64,000 nucleotides of DNA from Carcharhinus amblyrhynchos (Eukaryota). The stretch covers positions 56,668,001 to 56,732,000 of the forward strand of contig OZ336882.1 of the NCBI GenBank assembly GCA_965287045.1. Direction: 5' to 3'. Made by a program: the position numbers and the translations under genes. How positions within the stretch are numbered: position 1 is the first letter of the stretch; every line of letters begins with the position of its first letter. Shown here piece by piece: positions 37,001-50,270 of this stretch. Below the pieces are notes generated by a model. That model was not told the origin of the DNA, searched no databases, and saw only the letters and a list, made by a program, of their open reading frames with translations.

Positions 37001-37504
37001 CAGGGGTGGAAAGCAAAGCTAGAAAATAGCCAATGAACCCATTCATGCCTGACAATCAGAACCTGGGCAATGAAAATTATTTAATACGTATCTGAGGTTC
37101 TTAATAGATCAGAGCCCAATACATTCTGTTGCCCAAAGCAAATTCTCCAACTCTTAAAGGACTTGTTGGTATTAAATAATGCACTTAAATTAATTTTCAA
37201 ACAACATCTCAAAAATGTATTCAAGTACGTTCTCAGAACAATAATAAGCAATGATCCAGCAGATGTCACAGAAAGAATTGGGCTATTTGTTTGGATCTGC
37301 AGATGTTCTTTCCCCCATACCCTAGAAAAAATCTACTTTAAGTTGTGGAAATAATAATTCAGAATCAATTAAATTAGGTTGGAAGAGCGAGGAGATAGTG
37401 CTTAGAACACGGATGAGCTGATTGGTACTTTATGAAGAAATAGAAAATAAGGTAAAATTTCAAAATTATTTCAATTAATTAATAAACAAATAGTTTTATA
37501 TAAT

Positions 37505-37712
37505 CAAAGAATCCCTACAGTACAGAAGGAGGCCTTTCGGTTCATTGCGTCTGCACTTACCACAATTCCATCAAGGCCCTATTCCGGGAACTCCACACAT
37601 TTACCCTGCTAATCCTCCTGACACTCGAGTCAATTTAGCATGGCTAATCAACCTAACCCGCACACCTTTGGAGTATGGGAGGAAACCGAAGCACCCGGGG
37701 GAAACCCATGAA
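37505..37712 (-). mobile_element. HE1-type SINE, 3' half
   Basis: gaatccctacagtacagaaggaggcc...caatttagcatggctaatcaacctaacccgcacacctttgg..gggaggaaaccgaagcacccgg. Confidence 0.8.
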
Positions 37713-39229
37713 GATATAGAGGTGGGAACTCTGCTTAGGATTGAATGGAATGCCCAAACTGCCAACTGTCTGGTTTATCCTCAAACATTGGTCAGAGGCG
37801 GGGTGGAATCAGTGGCAAGGGTATGATCTTTGCAGCATTACTGGAAGACAAAGGTTTTTAATTCTCGAGAGTTTAACGAGACAAAAGTATGGCTCATGCA
37901 GAATTTTGAAAGAGGCAGTGGAGGTCTAGAGCTGGGTGTTATCAGCAGTGGAGGCTGGTCCTATGCCTGCAGATGATGCTGAAAAAGGATCAGCATTTGA
38001 CCTCCACTGGCATTACAACACTTGGCAATTGCCTGATTTTGATTCCTTGCGCAAAGTGCGTCTCACATCTCGAAACACATTTCCAAACTGGGTGTAAAAA
38101 TAGCAAAAGCTGGAAAAACTCAAGTCTGTTTCACTCTCCACAGATGCAGCCAGATTTAATGTTTCGAGTAGAACATGACTCTTCTTTAGAACAGCCATAT
38201 CTGTCAACAAACATCACAGCCTCCTGCAACCATACCGTTGGATATGCCTTGTCCCATTTTTGGGACCTGACATCAGGAAGGAGGGGGTCATTGAAAGCCA
38301 CACCCTTCCCTTGCCTCTGATCCCTCCCCTGCTCCTTGTAATCTCATGCCCTGACCGACTCCCACCCCATCCTGCCCTCGGTCACCTTTGGTCTTGAGCA
38401 CCACGATGTTCCAGGGTCTCTGGTGGGTGTAGGCAAGGCTTCACAGTGGTCACTTGATCTGAAGGCCACTTGATTCCGCCAGGCCTCCCCCACAGAACGG
38501 ACAAGGGTTCCCCACTGGCTCTCTATTCGGTGGGTGAGGCCCATTTTGCCCAACAGAATCCAGCTCAGACTTCACCAACAACCTTTCAATACATTTTCAG
38601 GAAATTCACCTAGGAACTCATCTAAAGAGTGTAAATGCTGCACTACTCCACCTCATTTAAACATTATCGGTATCTTGCTAGGAATTCCCCTTGGTCTAGT
38701 GGAGGGATGGGAGGTGCACACGAGGCTAAGCAGAGCAGTGCCCAGAGTTGTGGGAGAGAGGGACAGGATAGTGAGTTGGTCTCCTTCCCTCCTGTGTGCA
38801 CAAAACATCCCACCTCGTCTGGACATTCTCCAACACCCTCCCTAGTGCTGTCTCATGCCACAGAGCACTTGTGTACCCCATCCAGTGGACCCTGTGTTAT
38901 CTTTTAACATGCAGCTGTTTGACAGAAACAGCGTTTATACCTTCAGTGAATGTGAGAGTAAGAAACCCATATAGGCGCTGCACCACAAACATTGTATGTA
39001 ATAATCAGGTTCCTGGTTTAACACTGCCAGGCAGGTTCAGATTATGATAATCTGTAATTAGGATCAAAATTTCGCTCCAAATACAAATTTTAAAGAAGAT
39101 TAAGCTTATTAATACTGCATCCATTTGGCCTTTTTCACCCTTCAGCCAAAATAACACTAATCCTTTTTCAAACATTATCCCCTTAAATTATGGGATCAAT
39201 GATGTAACCCTTCTCTACTTTCTCCAATA

Positions 39230-40935
39230 ATCGATTATCTTTCTTTCAACAGGGAGACTTGGTATTCCAGATGTTGGTCTGTACATCTTCGTCTAGGTCC
39301 TTCATATATATCAAGTAAAGCAATCCTAGTTGCGATCACTGGAAGAAATCCCATTGCCCTTTAGTCTGAAAAACAACTGTTCACCACTACTTTCTGTTTC
39401 CTGTCACTCAGCCAACTTTGTATCTATGCTGCCACTGTCCCTTTTATTCTGGAGCAAATTGGTTCACACCCACTGACATTGGCTCTCCTCTCATTAGTTC
39501 TTCCATGGGCTTTGACTTTGCTGACACGTCTATAGTCAGGGAATCATAATCTGGTACTTTATCAAATATCTTTTGGAGACATCTTACCTCATTATCTTCA
39601 TCAACCCTATGTAACCTCATCAAACATAATCAAGTTAGTTAGACGCCATTTGCCTTTAACACATCCATGCTGGCCTTCATGAACTAGTCCATGGACAAGT
39701 GACTGTTGATTTTGTCCTGGATTATTGTTTCTAACATTGACTAGCCTGCAGTTATTGAACTTAACCTCACACTCCTTTTGAACAAGAATGAAATATTTCC
39801 AAATATCATGTCCACTGGCATTATCCTTGTATCTAAGAATGACAAGAGGATTAATGTCAGCGTTTCCACAAGCGTTTCCCTTACTTCCCTCAGTATCTTT
39901 GGATGTATATTATTCTGCCCTGGTAACTTGTCATCTTTAAGTCTAATTTCTAGTTTCTATGATGCCTTGTTTAGCATAGTTTCTAATGCCTTCTTTTTAT
40001 TAATATTGAGCCAATCCAGTGTCTCATCTACCTCCTCTCTCTCTATAATTTTGGCAGTATCTTCTTCCTTGCTAAAGACAGTTGCAAGATATTCACTTGG
40101 TACCTCTGATCTCTGTCTCCACATTTAAGTCTCCTTGTTCCTAACTGGTTCTACTACATTTTCATTATTTATATGTCTATGGAAGATTTTTGGAATCCCT
40201 TTTGTGTTCACTACCAGTCTTTCCTCAATCCCTTATTGTTCTCTTATTTGTTTTACTTTTCCATATGAATTTCCTCTATTCATCACTGTTCTCACTTGTA
40301 TTATTAACCAGACATCTGTCTTATCCTGAGCTTTTATCTGCTTCTTATTACTCTCTTATTTCTTCCATCATCGAGGGAGTTCTGGCTTTGTTTGCCCACA
40401 TCTCTTCCTCCTCCAGGGAATATACCTTGATGCTACCCTCCTCTTTTTTAATTCACTGCTTTGTTACGATTTTCTTGACAATCTTTGATTCCAGTTTATC
40501 TGCGCTCAATCCATTCTCATCTCACTCAAATTGGCCCTCCTCCAATTATCTTTATTCTTGATTGCTTCTTTGTCTCTTGTCCCTTTCCATAGCTAACCCA
40601 TATCTTTTGATATTGTGACAAATGGTTCATAAAATTGTCCCTCTCTACCTTGTCATCTACTTGGCCCACCTCATTTCTCAGAACTAGATCTAGCAATGCT
40701 TCCTTCCTCACTGGGATGGAAAAATACTGATTTGGAAAATTTGCCTGAGAACACTTCAGAAACTCTTTCTGTTTTCTTCCCTTCAGACCATTACTGTCCT
40801 AGTCTACAAAAGCAAAATACTGCAAATGCCGGAATCTGACAGAAAATGCTGGAAAATCTCAGCAGATCTGACAGCATTAGCATAATTGAAGTTCCCCATT
40901 ATAACTGCTCCAGAGTGTACCTTGCTCTTGTGTTC
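39230..40935 (-). mobile_element. CR1 LINE, endonuclease to RT remnant
   Basis: VIMGNFNY and ALLDLVLRNEVGQV endonuclease motifs on the minus strand; RT-region DNA further left. Confidence 0.7.
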
Positions 40936-41106
40936 TTCTCTGGGCAGAATATTATTGGCCCTGGGGAGGGAGGAAGCGGGGGTGGGGTTTGGTGTAAAAT
41001 CGCATGAAGCTGTGTCAAAAGAGCACCGCAACCACGTCCTGCTGTCAGGGAATTTTGCAACAGTGGGATTGGAATTGGACAGGCTGCCCACAATTTAAAT
41101 ATATAG

Positions 41107-42350
41107 TGTAATGTATTGTAAGGCAATGCATCTCTGTGTAATTAGTCACATGATGTGTTGTTATGTCACTAGAGGCATTTGTGGGCTTTTATCTTTCTTC
41201 CATCTTGAACTTCAATCAGGCAACGCCTTGGTAAATAAAGCTGCTTTAAAATAACCCACTGTATGGCACCTCAGAAATTCTTCTTTCTTATTGTCAGATC
41301 AGTCAGAAACAATTACACATACACAAGGGAAAACTGGCAACAAGATTGGTCTTAAGCCAAAATTGACCAGATTCTGAAGTTTTTCTTTTAAACTGTGACT
41401 TTGGTGCAAAACGGACATCAGAAGACACAAGAAAACAATTTCAACAGCTCAACTCAGAAACACGTTGGAAAAAAACCTCCACTGCAGGAAAAAACATGAG
41501 TATCCTTGAGAAGAGTTTATTGGGTAGACTTCCAAACAGTGGGACCTTGCATGTGGGGGCTGCAGCAATGGGATCCTCATTAAAAAGAGTAAGAGAGAGA
41601 GAAAGAGAGACTGTGCATTCTAAAAAGAGAAGCTACTGGTTCAAATTAAATAAAACGAAAGCCAGACAGGAATTACAAGTGTTCTTGTTTAGGAAATAGA
41701 AGTATGATTGCCTGCCAAGCAGTTGTTTGAAATTTTTTTTCCAACCTACAGATTCAATTAAAATTAAACAAATAACACAAATCAATAAGGAAGAGAAAAA
41801 GAAATAAGAGGAGAGGGAAAGTTAAAGTAAGTACTGTGGTTTAAAAACCGGAAACTGCAATGGCAGGCAAAGCGGGTACCATAGTGGTGTTCAAAGAAAA
41901 TGTGGAAATATGGAATGCTCACAAAGGGAGATTTCAAACGTATCTGGCTGTGAACGAGATACTGGATGACCTTAAAGCAGTCATTTTCTTTAGCATTGTA
42001 GGGCGCAAAACTTTTATATTGTAACAGAGTCTTGTCCATTCTGAGAAGCTTGGTCAAAAAATCTTATGTGAAAATGACCAAGACTTTCCAAAGTCATTTC
42101 TCACTGACAGATTCCAATTTCATCAGCGGAGTCAAGAAGAGGACAAAATATATTGTAATTTGTTGCAACGCAGCGAATTAGCGAAGAGCTGCAAACTTGG
42201 ATCAACTTTCAAAGATATCCGGCAAGACAGGCTTGTTTGTGGACTTCGCAATGAAGCAGTTCAAAGACAGTTGCTCACCAAAAGCTCTTTAACATTAAAA
42301 CTTGCTGTTGTGGTCACAGTGTCCATGAAAAAAGCTTCCCAAATTAAGCA
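41107..42350 (+). mobile_element. Gypsy LTR retrotransposon 5' remnant (LTR, PBS, gag)
   Basis: tgtaatg... LTR-like stretch with aataaa; PBS-like tggcaacaag at 41335; gag-like DRLVCGLRNEAVQRQLLTKSSLTLKLAV at 42160-42340. Confidence 0.7.
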
Positions 42351-42949
42351 TTCCCTTTAGGGTCATGAATGCTCGTCTGCTTCCTACTCCCGAAAATCCA
42401 TCTGCAGAACCTCATCCTTCTTTTTACCTAAGTTATTGGTGTCAATATGGACCATGACTCCTGGCTGTTCACCCACCCTTCACAAAGTGTAGCTTCTCAG
42501 TGACATCCTTGATCCTGGCACCAGGGAGGCAAAACAACATCCTGGAATCCAGCCATAGAAACATCTACCTGTTCCCTAACTATAAAACCTCCGTCTCACT
42601 TCCACCTAGCTCCTGTAATGCTATAGAGGTGCCATGGACTTAACACTGGCTGCACTCCCCAGAGAACCATCACTGTTACCAGTCTTCAAAACAGAATGCA
42701 GGCTGCAGTGCAGCACTGTGATGCTCTTTGAGGATCCCTGCACTGCCTGAAGGTCCTCTATTCCATTTCTGCCTGCATTCTCTTTCGTTAGGGGTTGGCC
42801 ATGTTCAGAAACATGCTCTCCATAAATGTGCCCCTTTGCTGTACATCTCAATATTGTGTCTGCACTATTTTGTTTTACAGAACATTGTGCCAGTAGTCAC
42901 TCACTGTGTTCTGCGCCTGTCTGGGTTTACAGTCCAAGTGTCTCCCAGG

Positions 42950-43660
42950 CATCCCTTCAGCTCAGTGCAAACTTCAGTGCTCATTGGCAAAACAGAACGT
43001 AACTCAGCTCAAACATCTCAGTTCTTTAGTTTCTGAGTCAGACCATCACAGCTTAGTGCTCCACTCTGAGGCTTCACTGCATATTCTATGTAGAGGCTTG
43101 AGTGAGGGAGTGCTGTACCATCAGATAGAATTTCTGCAGCTCTTCCCAATCTCTCATGGTAACAAGCAGATTATTGTATGTCCCAAAGCAATGGCACAAG
43201 GTGCTATTTACACCATTTTTCCACAGCTTCCATTGACCTGGCAATGCCCAATTTTAAAATTATTATCCTTTTCAAAACCTCCCTTAACTTCATCCTTCTC
43301 CATTTCGATATTCTCCTCCATTCCTACAACTTACCACCTGCCCCCCTCCACTCTTCCCCCACATCCTGCATCTCTGCAATCATTTAGTTCTGGATCGTGC
43401 ACATCCTGATTTCTTTTTCTCTGCCATTAGCCATATCTTCAGCTGCCTAAACCCAAAGGTCTGGAATTCCCTCCCTAAAAACTCATCACCTTCCGACACT
43501 CTTCTCTTTCAAGAAACTCTTCAAAGACTACCTCTAATCAACTTGTCTGAATGTCTCTTTATGTAGCTCAATGTTAAATCTTGTTTGATGATTGTTCCTT
43601 AAGTTAAGGGTCGTTTTACTACATTAAATGTGTTATATAAATGCCAGCTGTTGTTGTTAT
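42950..43660 (+). mobile_element. L2-type LINE 3' remnant
   Basis: ttttaaaattattatcctttt...tcttcagctgcctaaacccaaaggtctggaattccctccctaaa...tatataaatgccagctgttgttgtt-type tail. Confidence 0.6.
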
Positions 43661-43719
43661 TCTGCCAAAAATAAAAAGGTTTCTCCAAAAGTTCCGTATG
43701 ATTTACGTTACACCTAGAT

Positions 43720-43900
43720 CCCATCCACCTGTTCAGGTGAATGCAAATGAGGCCAGGGTACTCTTCAAAGTAGAACACAGGACTTCTCCACTTCTGTTGG
43801 CCAGCATCTACTCTTTAACCAACACGGTTAACACAGGTTAACCAATCATTTCTCTCATTATTCTGTTTGCGCAACTTAGCTGCTGTGTTGATCCATAAAC
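43720..43900 (+). mobile_element. Deu-domain SINE core remnant
   Basis: cctgttcaggtgaatgcaaa...ggtactcttcaaagtagaacacagg...ctgttggccagcatctactctttaaccaac resembles the Deu domain. Confidence 0.45.
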
Positions 43901-44089
43901 CGATAATGACTGGACTTCAAAGATAACCATTACCTGTGTAATTCTTTTGGACATCCTGAGAAAGAGAAGGGTTCTGAAGTTTACTTTCTTTTCTGCGGTT
44001 TTATGTGGGGGAGGGATGTGAAAACTTGCGTGATATATCTGTCTCATGTAGACAGGTCTTTTCAACTGGATCTCTTCATTGCAAGAGAA

Positions 44090-44745
44090 TTTGAGTGCTG
44101 ATCAAAAAAAGCCTTACTGTAGCAGGACATGGCCTTGGTGAAATCACACCTGGCGTGTTGTATACAGTTCTGCTCTCCTTATTTATGAAAGGATCTATTT
44201 GCCACTGAGGGAGTGCAGCGAAGGTTCACCAGGCTGATTCCTGGGATGGCTAGATTGTCATATGAGAAGACATTGGGCTGAATGGGCCTGTTTTCATTGG
44301 ATTTTAAAAGAATAAGAGGGGATTTAATGGAAATGTATAAAATTCTGGACAGGGCTAGACAGATTGAATGCAGGAATGTTGTTTCCCCTGGCTTTTGGGG
44401 GAAGGTGGGGGGGGGGCAGGGGCAGATGTTCTAGAAACAGAGGTCATAGTCTCAGGATACAGAGTAGGCTATTTAGGATTGAGATGAGAAGAAACATTTT
44501 CATTGAGAGGGTGGTGAACCTGTGGAATTTTCTACCACAGAAGGCTATGGAGGCCAAGTCACTGAATATACTCAAGAAGGTAATAGATAGATTTCTAGAC
44601 TCTAAATGTGTTAAGGGATATACGGAGAGCACGCGGCTATGGTGTTGAGATAAGGGATCAGCATCATCGGGTTGAATGGCAGTGCAGGCTTAAGGGGCTG
44701 AATGGCCTACTCCTGCTACTATTTTGTATGTTGCTATGCTTTCTA
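44090..44745 (+). mobile_element. CR1 LINE 3' end
   Basis: RGHSLRIQSRLFRIEMRRNIFIERVVNLWNFLPQKAMEAKSLNILKKVIDRFLD; tail aatggcctactcctgctactatt. Confidence 0.85.
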
Positions 44746-47700
44746 TGTTTAATACCATCCTCCAATTGAAGAAACCAAACTTTTTTGTGGTGATGTGAAC
44801 TTTAATGTATTTTCTTCAAAATGTGTTCTCTTGGCCACAATGTTTTTTTGGCAAATGTACATAAAAACAAAATGGCTATACAAAGGTCTTGAAGGTTGAT
44901 TGGTCACTTTGAAGTCTGTTTGTGAATTCAGTGATGTGACTGCTTGATTGTTGTTAGACGTCAATATTCTATCTATCAATGAATCAGATTTTTTTTAGTG
45001 TTTTTCTTTCTCAGCCTGGCTCATTTTTAACCTTTGAGGATTTCACCCAATCGACATGTTTAATTTAACCAATCGTGGATATTTCAGTCAGTTGCTATTT
45101 TTACCCGACTTTCATTCTGATGTGTGTTGTTTTGAGATGTGACACCTTTGAGAGGTGTGATGTTACAGATGCATATTAGGCACAAGTTTTTTAATTATAT
45201 TAGTAAATTTAAAGAGTGCACATTTTAACAAGAAACATGAAACATACACAATAAAGTGACCCCATTAGCAAAAACGAGAAAGAAAGAACATCCATTAGCA
45301 ACAAATGATAAAGAAAGAATTGGATGTAAATATTTGGATGCTTGTCAAGGACATCTTGACTATAGTTCAAAACAAATTATTCTTTGTTAGAACTTTGGAT
45401 TGTGGAATGAAGTATTTTGATTATCAGGTTATTTACCTTGAACAGTAACAAGAGGGCACCAGCAGAAATTTAACATACCTCAACCTTCTAATTTTGAGAT
45501 GAAAATAATATTACCCCACCCCCCACGCACAACCCATTGTTATTCAACACATTTTGTAACAAAAAAGAGAGGCCAAATGGATATTGGGTTAAAGGTAAGC
45601 ACAGATAGAGATGATTAAATACCAAATGAAACTTGATGGTTGCTGAACTGCTGCTGTGGCAGTTGTCAATATCATGTGAAGAAGGGTAACCAGTGTGAAT
45701 TAATGGATTAATACTGCAGGTAGTTTGTTCAATTTACCTTAGGAAAGTTGTGGGGGTGAAGGTAGTAGGGGCAGGGTGGTTGCAAAGGAATGCCATAGAA
45801 CATTTTCTCAGATGATAACATGCATTGGACAGAGTCCATTGTAAAGCAGACTGTACATGGTCTGCGGAGGGAACAGTATTAATGGGCTGAGTGCCTTTTC
45901 TTTACTTCTAACATGCTTCAGCGTGTGCATATGATTTTGACTGTGCTTTGCTTTTCCTCCCATTCTTGGCAGTTGTTCTGATCTCCCACATCAGGAAAAA
46001 GCTTGTGGATTATTAATTTGGTTTCATGTCAAAATAATTGTTTCCATTAGTCTTGATTATATAAAGATTTTTTAAAAAAACAAGATGGATGTTCCTTTGC
46101 TCCCTACTTGTCACAATGTTTCATGCATACTGATGTGGTTTACATTATCTCACTGCACATCCTGCTCCCATGACTTACTCCTGCAGAATCTACCTCTGCC
46201 ACAATTAAGTGCCAGTTCGTCCTTCTAAAACCTTCCTGGTGGGAACAGTAATGGGGAGCACTGAATAATTAGGCAGCAGTGTAAGTACTGCAGCGCTTCA
46301 GATAAGTGACTAGAATAAATGCAGATATCAGACCTATACTTATATCCATTAGGGGTAGCAATGTACCTCTGTTATCTGCATCTTGCTGGGCATGTTGAAG
46401 AATGCCATGTTATAGAAGAGAAGGAACCGACCGATACCAACAAATAAACCCAAAATAAAAGAAAGGTGGTAAATGGTGACAGCATAGGTAATGACACCAG
46501 AAACATAATCCAAGCTTCAAGACTTGCTGATTCTGGTGATAATTAATACAGAAAAAAAAAACCGGCCAACTGATTTCATGGCAATTCTCTTGTGGGTGTA
46601 GGTCTGGAACATTTTGATTGTCATTGTGTTTGGAGCCTGCTCAAAGTGAAAGTTCAGCTGCTTTAATTAGTACATGAACATCTGATGAAGTCTTACACCC
46701 TTGGTGTGTATTAAGGTGCTTTCAATTAGTGAGACATGGAAGTCTGTAAGAGACATCTGCCAGCAAATTTATGAAAATAATGCCCCTTAAAGAGGCATGC
46801 AAGATGCAGATTTTCTACTTTGCCCTGAATGAAACTGCGATGTACATCAAGGTGCTGGTCCACACAAACAGGGAAGGCCCTCTTTGGAAATATCAGTCCA
46901 TAGTCACAAATCTGATCCAGATATTGATTAAAACCAGGAAAAAGTGCAAAGCAGCGCATCAATGTTTCGGTAGCTCAACAATAACTAAGGGTTTTACTCC
47001 ATTTTAGCATTCTGCTTCTCCACTAAACTGCGAGCTAATTGGAGTCTATCCAGTACACCTCAAGTTGGCCTGTGTTCGAACCAACTTGTGTACATTGAAC
47101 ACAGTTCAGTTTGGATTGGATTAGATCCAATCAAATAGATTATGAAATCATTTGTATATAAAAGCAGAATGTTAAAAGCAGCATGAGTTCCTTGCCTCAG
47201 TTTAACACGTGAGGAATACAAAAGATCTCCCTGGGGAAAGAGACAGAAAATATCGAGAACTGTCCTCTTGCAGAGATTTGTTCATTGTGATTAAATCTTT
47301 ATTCAAAAAGGGGAAAATATCCACCTGGAAAAATATCAGAACTAACTACTTAAGAAATAGTTCAAGTAAGTGTCTTATGATTGATCCAAAGGTTTGTTAA
47401 CAATGCAGCTTCTCTCTATTTTGTTCATTCCATGTACAAAAATGCTCCAGGGTATTTCACAAAGATATGAGGTAAAATATTATTCAACTAAAGGAGGTAG
47501 TAGGAGGGGTGAAATAGTTGGAGTTTAAGGAAGGGTTTAGATGCATTAAAATGGGGAAAGCCTCCTTTATCCTAATAAGTTCAGTATTTATAAATATATG
47601 CATTGCAAGTAATTTACCATAAAACAACAGAACAATCCTAAGGGCTTTGTATTCAAATGGGTCGTCAGGCTATTTACAAATTAGTGTCTCTCTGGTTTAA

Positions 47701-47899
47701 AACACTGTAAACATGCTTGGAAATAACATTTAAGAGAAACTTCTCAAATATCTTGCAAACTGTCTGGAGAATTCTGGCTAGGATTTTCCATTCTGTCCAC
47801 ACTGGGACCCACTATGGGTGGGATGGAAAATTCGGAGAGGCAAGCAAGCATCAGTGATGGTGAGATCAGAAAATTCTGGCTTCTGAATTTGAAACCCTC

Positions 47900-49200
47900 C
47901 AGTTAGATTTCTACACTAGTACTAAAATTACTGTTAGCAAAGTCATAGAAGACATCCTGCGCAGCAATGAGAAAGAAACAAGATTCCTTATCATCCTTCC
48001 TGACCTTTTTGCAGCCTTTGACATGGTTAACCACAGCATCCTCTTCCAACACCTCTCTTCCATTGTTTGTCTAGTGGGACTTCACTCAACTGGCTTCAAT
48101 CTTAACATCAAATCATAGTCAGAGAAGCATTGACGATGGCTTCTGTGGCTGAATGGAGTTTAACTTTTAATATGCTGAAAGGTCTTCAATCAAGCAAACC
48201 TGATTTTTTGGTTAAAGTCTTTTTGTCACTATGCTGGATTTTCCTTGTGGCCAGTGGCCTGGAATTTGTTAAAGGACAGAAGGTGTCAGATTCAGCTTGT
48301 CTTTGGCAGAGATGAGTTGTGAACAGACTCTTGGAGCCTGTGTTCCTTATCTGGGCATTGGAATGTAAACAATATGCATTTAGATGATGAGGCCTGAAGT
48401 GAGCAATGAAATTATGGTTCGATTTAATTGGCCTAATCACATGCTACAATTGGAGTCCTGATCAATTCATTGGCTGATTACCAAGGAACTTTTGGAGTTT
48501 TAACTCTGCTAACACAAAGAGCTTGTTCAGAAAGGCAGCATATAGGACCTGGGAACCAACTCACACGAAGGGACAACATCTGGAAGGAGAAGAGAACAAA
48601 GAACTGATTCCATGTGACAACAAAATCCTGGCCAGGTTTTAATTGCAAGTGGAATTCAACTTTAAGTAAAGTAACAGATAGTGAGTTTTTGGTTGATGCA
48701 TTACAAGTATTTACTGTTGTTTAAGTAGCTACAGAATAAAGGAAATTGTGTTTAAATATTTAAAATTGACTTTATGTCTTTATTTGCTGCAGAGGTTAAA
48801 ATACACAGGTTTGGATCACACTTCTCTTCTTTCTCCTGCACCATTACCTTATCCTTGGTTCTCTCTTATTTCTTATCTACAAGCTGCACCTTGGCAACAT
48901 CATCCATAAACGTAATGCTAGTTTCCTATGTATACTGATGACACCCAGATTCATCTCGTCAGCACCTCTTTTCACCAATTATCAGAGCTGAAGCAACACC
49001 CAGTACTGGATGAGCAGAAATTGGTGCCAACTAAATATCAGGAAGATTGAAACCATTGGGCAGAATTTTCTGGCTGTTCACGCTGGCGGGATTTTCTGGT
49101 CCTGCTGTTATGAACAGAGATTTGGCTAAGTGCAGCAATGGGGCACAAATGGTCGAAAAATTCTGGCCATTATCTTCAGACCCTGCTACAAGGTCAAGCC
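47900..49200 (+). mobile_element. L2-type LINE remnant interrupted by a solo LTR and a MITE
   Basis: DLFAAFDMVNHSIL (48002-48043) and YTDDTQ (48931) RT motifs. Confidence 0.7.
48144..48820 (+). mobile_element. Solo LTR (677 bp)
   Basis: TGTG...CACA termini, 4-bp TSD cttc (48140-48143, 48821-48824), AATAAA at 48735; cleanly splits the L2 sequence. Confidence 0.75.
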
Positions 49201-50270
49201 ATAGCCACCAACTCCATCGAGTCATAGGAACAGCAGTCATTTATCCCCTCCACCCTACTCTGCCATTCAATGAGATCATGGCCGATCTACAACCTAAGGC
49301 TTTTTACCTGCCTTTGTTTCATATCCCCTGATATCTTCAATTAACAAAAATCTATTAATCCCCAATTTAAAAATAACTGTTGATCTAGCATCAATTTCCA
49401 TTTATGTAAGAATGTTCCAAACCTCTATCCCCTGCGTGATAATTATATGCCCGAAAGGTCTGCTTCTAATTTTTAGATGATGCCCCCCTAGTCCTAAACT
49501 CCCCCACTGTGGAAATTATTTCTCTTTGTCTACTCCGTCCCTTAATGTCTTGAAAACTTTGATCGTATTATTTTGTAACCTTTTAAATTCTGGGAAATAC
49601 AACCCAAGTTTATGTAAGCTCTCCTCGGTATCATTTCAATAACCCTCAATAAAATCAATATATTCTTCCGAAGATGTGGTGTCCAGAACTGCTTGCGATA
49701 TCCCAGGTATCCATATATTCTCTATACCGCAGAAGGAGGCCTTTTGGCCCACCAAATGTTCACTGGCCCTCTGAAACAGCATTTTACCCACACCCTATAA
49801 CCCTGTGCATTTATTATCTAATCCATCTATCCTCCACACCTTTGGACACTAAGGGATAATTTAGCATAGCCAATGCACATAAACTGCACATCTTTGGACT
49901 GAGGGAAGAAACCAAAGCATCCAGAGGAAACACAAGGAGAACGTGTAGATTCCATACATAAAATCACCCAAGGCCGGAATTGAAACCGGGTCCCTGGCAC
50001 TGTCAGGCAGCTGAGTTAACGACTGTGCCACCACGCTGCCCCTAACCAGGTATGGTCTAACCAGGACTCTGTAAAGCTGAAGTTATCCGTGTATTCTACT
50101 CCTCTTTTGTCACCTGTTCATGACATCTTAATGATTTGTGTACTCACACCTTCAAGTCCTTTTGTATCTGTTGCTAACTTTTCAACATTTAGAATATATT
50201 CTGTTCTGTATTTTACAAAATGCATGAACTCCTATTTGCCTACACAAATCCACTTGCCACCATTTTGCCC
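49200..50270 (-). mobile_element. CR1 3' fragment hosting an HE1 SINE
   Basis: ctgccattcaatgagatcatggc tail; CR1 sequence resumes at 50046 (ccaggtatggtctaaccagg). Confidence 0.65.
49711..50045 (-). mobile_element. HE1-type SINE with 8-bp TSD
   Basis: Head gggcagcgtggtggcacag on the reverse strand; TSD ccaggtat at 49703-49710 and 50046-50053. Confidence 0.85.

Noticed and set aside
38320-38900. Possible Harbinger Myb/SANT remnant
   Set aside because: Resemblance too faint to support by eye
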